A stretch of 64,000 bases of DNA. It comes from Candidatus Paraimprobicoccus trichonymphae. Lineage in GTDB: Bacteria > Bacillota > Clostridia > Oscillospirales > Acutalibacteraceae. The notes under the pieces were generated by a model, which ran no database searches, was not told where the DNA came from, and saw only the letters and a program-made list of their open reading frames with translations. Positions 62,530 to 64,000 of the stretch are shown piece by piece. The stretch lies in NCBI GenBank assembly GCA_036322875.1, contig AP027925.1, forward strand, positions 693,203 to 757,202. Direction: 5' to 3'. Within the stretch, counting starts at the first letter, position 1. Every line of letters starts with the position of its first letter. The translations under genes and the position numbers were made by a program.

Positions 62530-62690
62530 TTTTGATTCTTGGCTTTACGCTTTTTATAAGTTTCATTTAATTCCAAGCGTTAATTCTAATTGAATCCCCA
62601 TGATTCTCATTTAATATTGACAATTTATTATTTTTTTAGTATTTTTGCACAACTTATCCAACCAAACTGAAGTTTAGTGATTTTTTTGCT
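62530..62690 (-). mobile_element. Shortened IS605-derived mini-element, copy G
   Basis: Reverse complement: AAAAATCACTAAACTTCAGTTTGGTTGG hairpin, ATTGTCAA, CATGGGGATTCAATTAGAATTAACGCTTGGAATTAAATGAAACTT, GCGTAAAGCCAAG. Clearly related to copies B-E but with internal deletions. Confidence 0.45.
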
Positions 62691-62700
62691 TTTTTTTAAT

Positions 62701-63250
62701 AATAGACCTTTTGTGAAATTAGCTTAATTATAACTACATGAAATACGAAAAAGTAAATTTTAGAAAAATTAATGGAGTAAAACCACCAGTATTTGAAAAA
62801 ATATTAGAAATATTGCGAAAAAAATATGAAAACAAACATAAGTATTACGGCACTATTCAAAAGCAGCATAGAATATAAATTGATTTTAATCGATGATAAA
62901 TAAACTTTTATTATAAAGACTGAAATCACTGTAAAAAAAATCAGAAAAATTTGCTTTGAAAAAAACACGATTTCACGCGAAATCTAAAATCCGAATAAAC
63001 GAAAAAATTAAAGTAATTGCAGATACGGGTTTTCGTGAGATTTATAGATTTCATAAAAATCTAGAAATTTCTAAAAAGATAACTGAGAAGCAACTACTTA
63101 TAAACCATAGAAAAACAAAAAAATCGTAAAATTTCAAGTTAGAAAGTTAAAATTAAGAATGTCATAAGGTTTGTTAAACGTTTTAGAGTACTTTCTGAAA
63201 AATATAGAAATCATAGAAAACGTTTTAATTTAAGGTTTAACTTAATTTGC
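62701..63250 (+). pseudogene. IS5-like element, sub-type C, heavily degraded
   Basis: AATAGACCTTTTG left end. MKYEKVNFRKINGVKPPVFEKILEILRKKYE, VIADTGFREIYRFHKN, FNLRFNLICDIGNFD fragments with many stops. Confidence 0.55.
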
Positions 63251-63284
63251 GATATCGGCAATTTTGACACTGCTTTTTAATTTC

Positions 63285-63340
63285 ACCATTTCAAGGCAAG
63301 GAGGCCCTTGACTTTAGTTGTAGGGAGTAATTGCAATTTT
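63285..63340 (+). mobile_element. TnpB-tail/right-end-like fragment
   Basis: GC-richer CACCATTTCAAGGCAAGGAGGCCCTTGACTTTAGTTGTAGGGAG (SPFQGKEALDFSCRE), similar in style to tnpB 3' tails seen elsewhere in the window. Confidence 0.3.
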
Positions 63341-63355
63341 TTTCTCAAATTTTAT

Positions 63356-64000
63356 AATAGACCTGTCTAAAAACAAAAAAATGCTAAAAATCTTAAAAAA
63401 AGATTATCAATCGACACACTGAAAAGGTGAAAGAAAGGGATTTTCAGTTGAATTCAGATTAATAATGGCACTTGAATATTGGCGAAAATACAGAAACATG
63501 CGTCATATGGCCTTTGACTATGAAGTACCAAAATCAACGCTATGCAAATATATAATTTTTTGGGTGGAAGATGTGCTAAGACAGTCGGAAGAGTTCAAGA
63601 TCAAAGAGATTAAAGAACGTTTTAAACCCGGTAATATTGAAAAAAATAATTTTGAAATGTTGTTCTTAGATGTTGAACAACAGCCCCGAAGTACAAACAA
63701 AAAGTATCATACTCAGGTAAAAAAAGAGGCACACAACAAAATATCAAATTTTAGCCAATGCAAAAACACGTGAAATACTTGATGGTTTTTAATGCAATCG
63801 ACGCAACACACGATTTTGTAATATTTAAAAATTCTTTAGCCAAAACACTCGGGAAAAAAGTTAAAATTTATAGTATAAAGAAGTATACTATGGTATCTAT
63901 TTTTTACAAATTATGTCTAATATATACATAACATGAAACTATCGGAAGCAAATAACAAAAATATGTGACGATCGATTTTCATCTAAAACTGTGTAATTTT
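63356..64000 (+). pseudogene. IS5-like element, sub-type B, copy 2 (runs off the window)
   Basis: AATAGACCTGTCTAAAAAC left end. ALEYWRKYRNMRHMAFDYEVPKSTLCKYIIFWVEDVL. Same frame break in the GTAAAAAAAGAGG tract as the copy at 13246-14127. Confidence 0.7.

Overview
Visibly AT-rich bacterial chromosomal segment read with the standard code (11). It looks Firmicutes/Clostridia-like: a Spo0A-type regulator, CIRCE-hrcA-grpE-dnaK, a KOW gene between map and infA, a class B sortase and a membrane pyrophosphatase. Intact housekeeping blocks are: response regulator, tRNA(CAU), HIT protein, RibU-like ECF S component, srtB, holA; hrcA-grpE-dnaK; rpsB; metG; ileS; rpmF-murA-rsmA-asd; ThiT-like transporter; hppA; and a long minus-strand ribosomal cluster rplX-rplE-rpsN-rpsH-rplF-rplR-rpsE-rpmD-rplO-secY-adk-map-KOW-infA-rpmJ-rpsM-rpsK-rpsD-rpoA-rplQ. 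Dense, almost entirely pseudogenised mobile-element debris separates these blocks. It includes three sub-types of small IS5-like elements sharing a TAGACCTGTC terminal repeat, an IS5/DDE_Tnp_1 remnant, IS630 (two near-identical inverted copies plus a deletion derivative), an IS1-like remnant, and several IS200/IS605 (tnpA/tnpB) fossils. There is also a dead group II intron nested in and interrupted by IS copies. Canonical synteny is broken exactly at this debris: dnaK has no dnaJ, rpsB has no tsf, and the spc operon starts at rplX with no rplN. Main points of interest: (1) a family of ~230-bp IS605-derived mini-elements that keep only the left-end hairpin, an intact promoter and the tnpB-3'/right-end (omega-RNA-like) segment, three of them directly upstream of and co-oriented with rpsB, asd and rplX; (2) intact but scattered contractile-tail/eCIS-like genes, including a gpE-like chaperone with a candidate -1 frameshift site; (3) a Spo0A homologue with Asn at the phospho-acceptor position; (4) oddities inside the ribosomal cluster (KOW-IF1 in-frame fusion, extended IF1, a Cys-rich 67-codon ORF between rplF and rplR, a 220-nt spacer between rpsN and rpsH); (5) a large membrane sensor with a degenerate cyclase-like domain paired with a MORN-repeat membrane protein. 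No CRISPR array, rRNA or recognisable riboswitch/T-box was seen.
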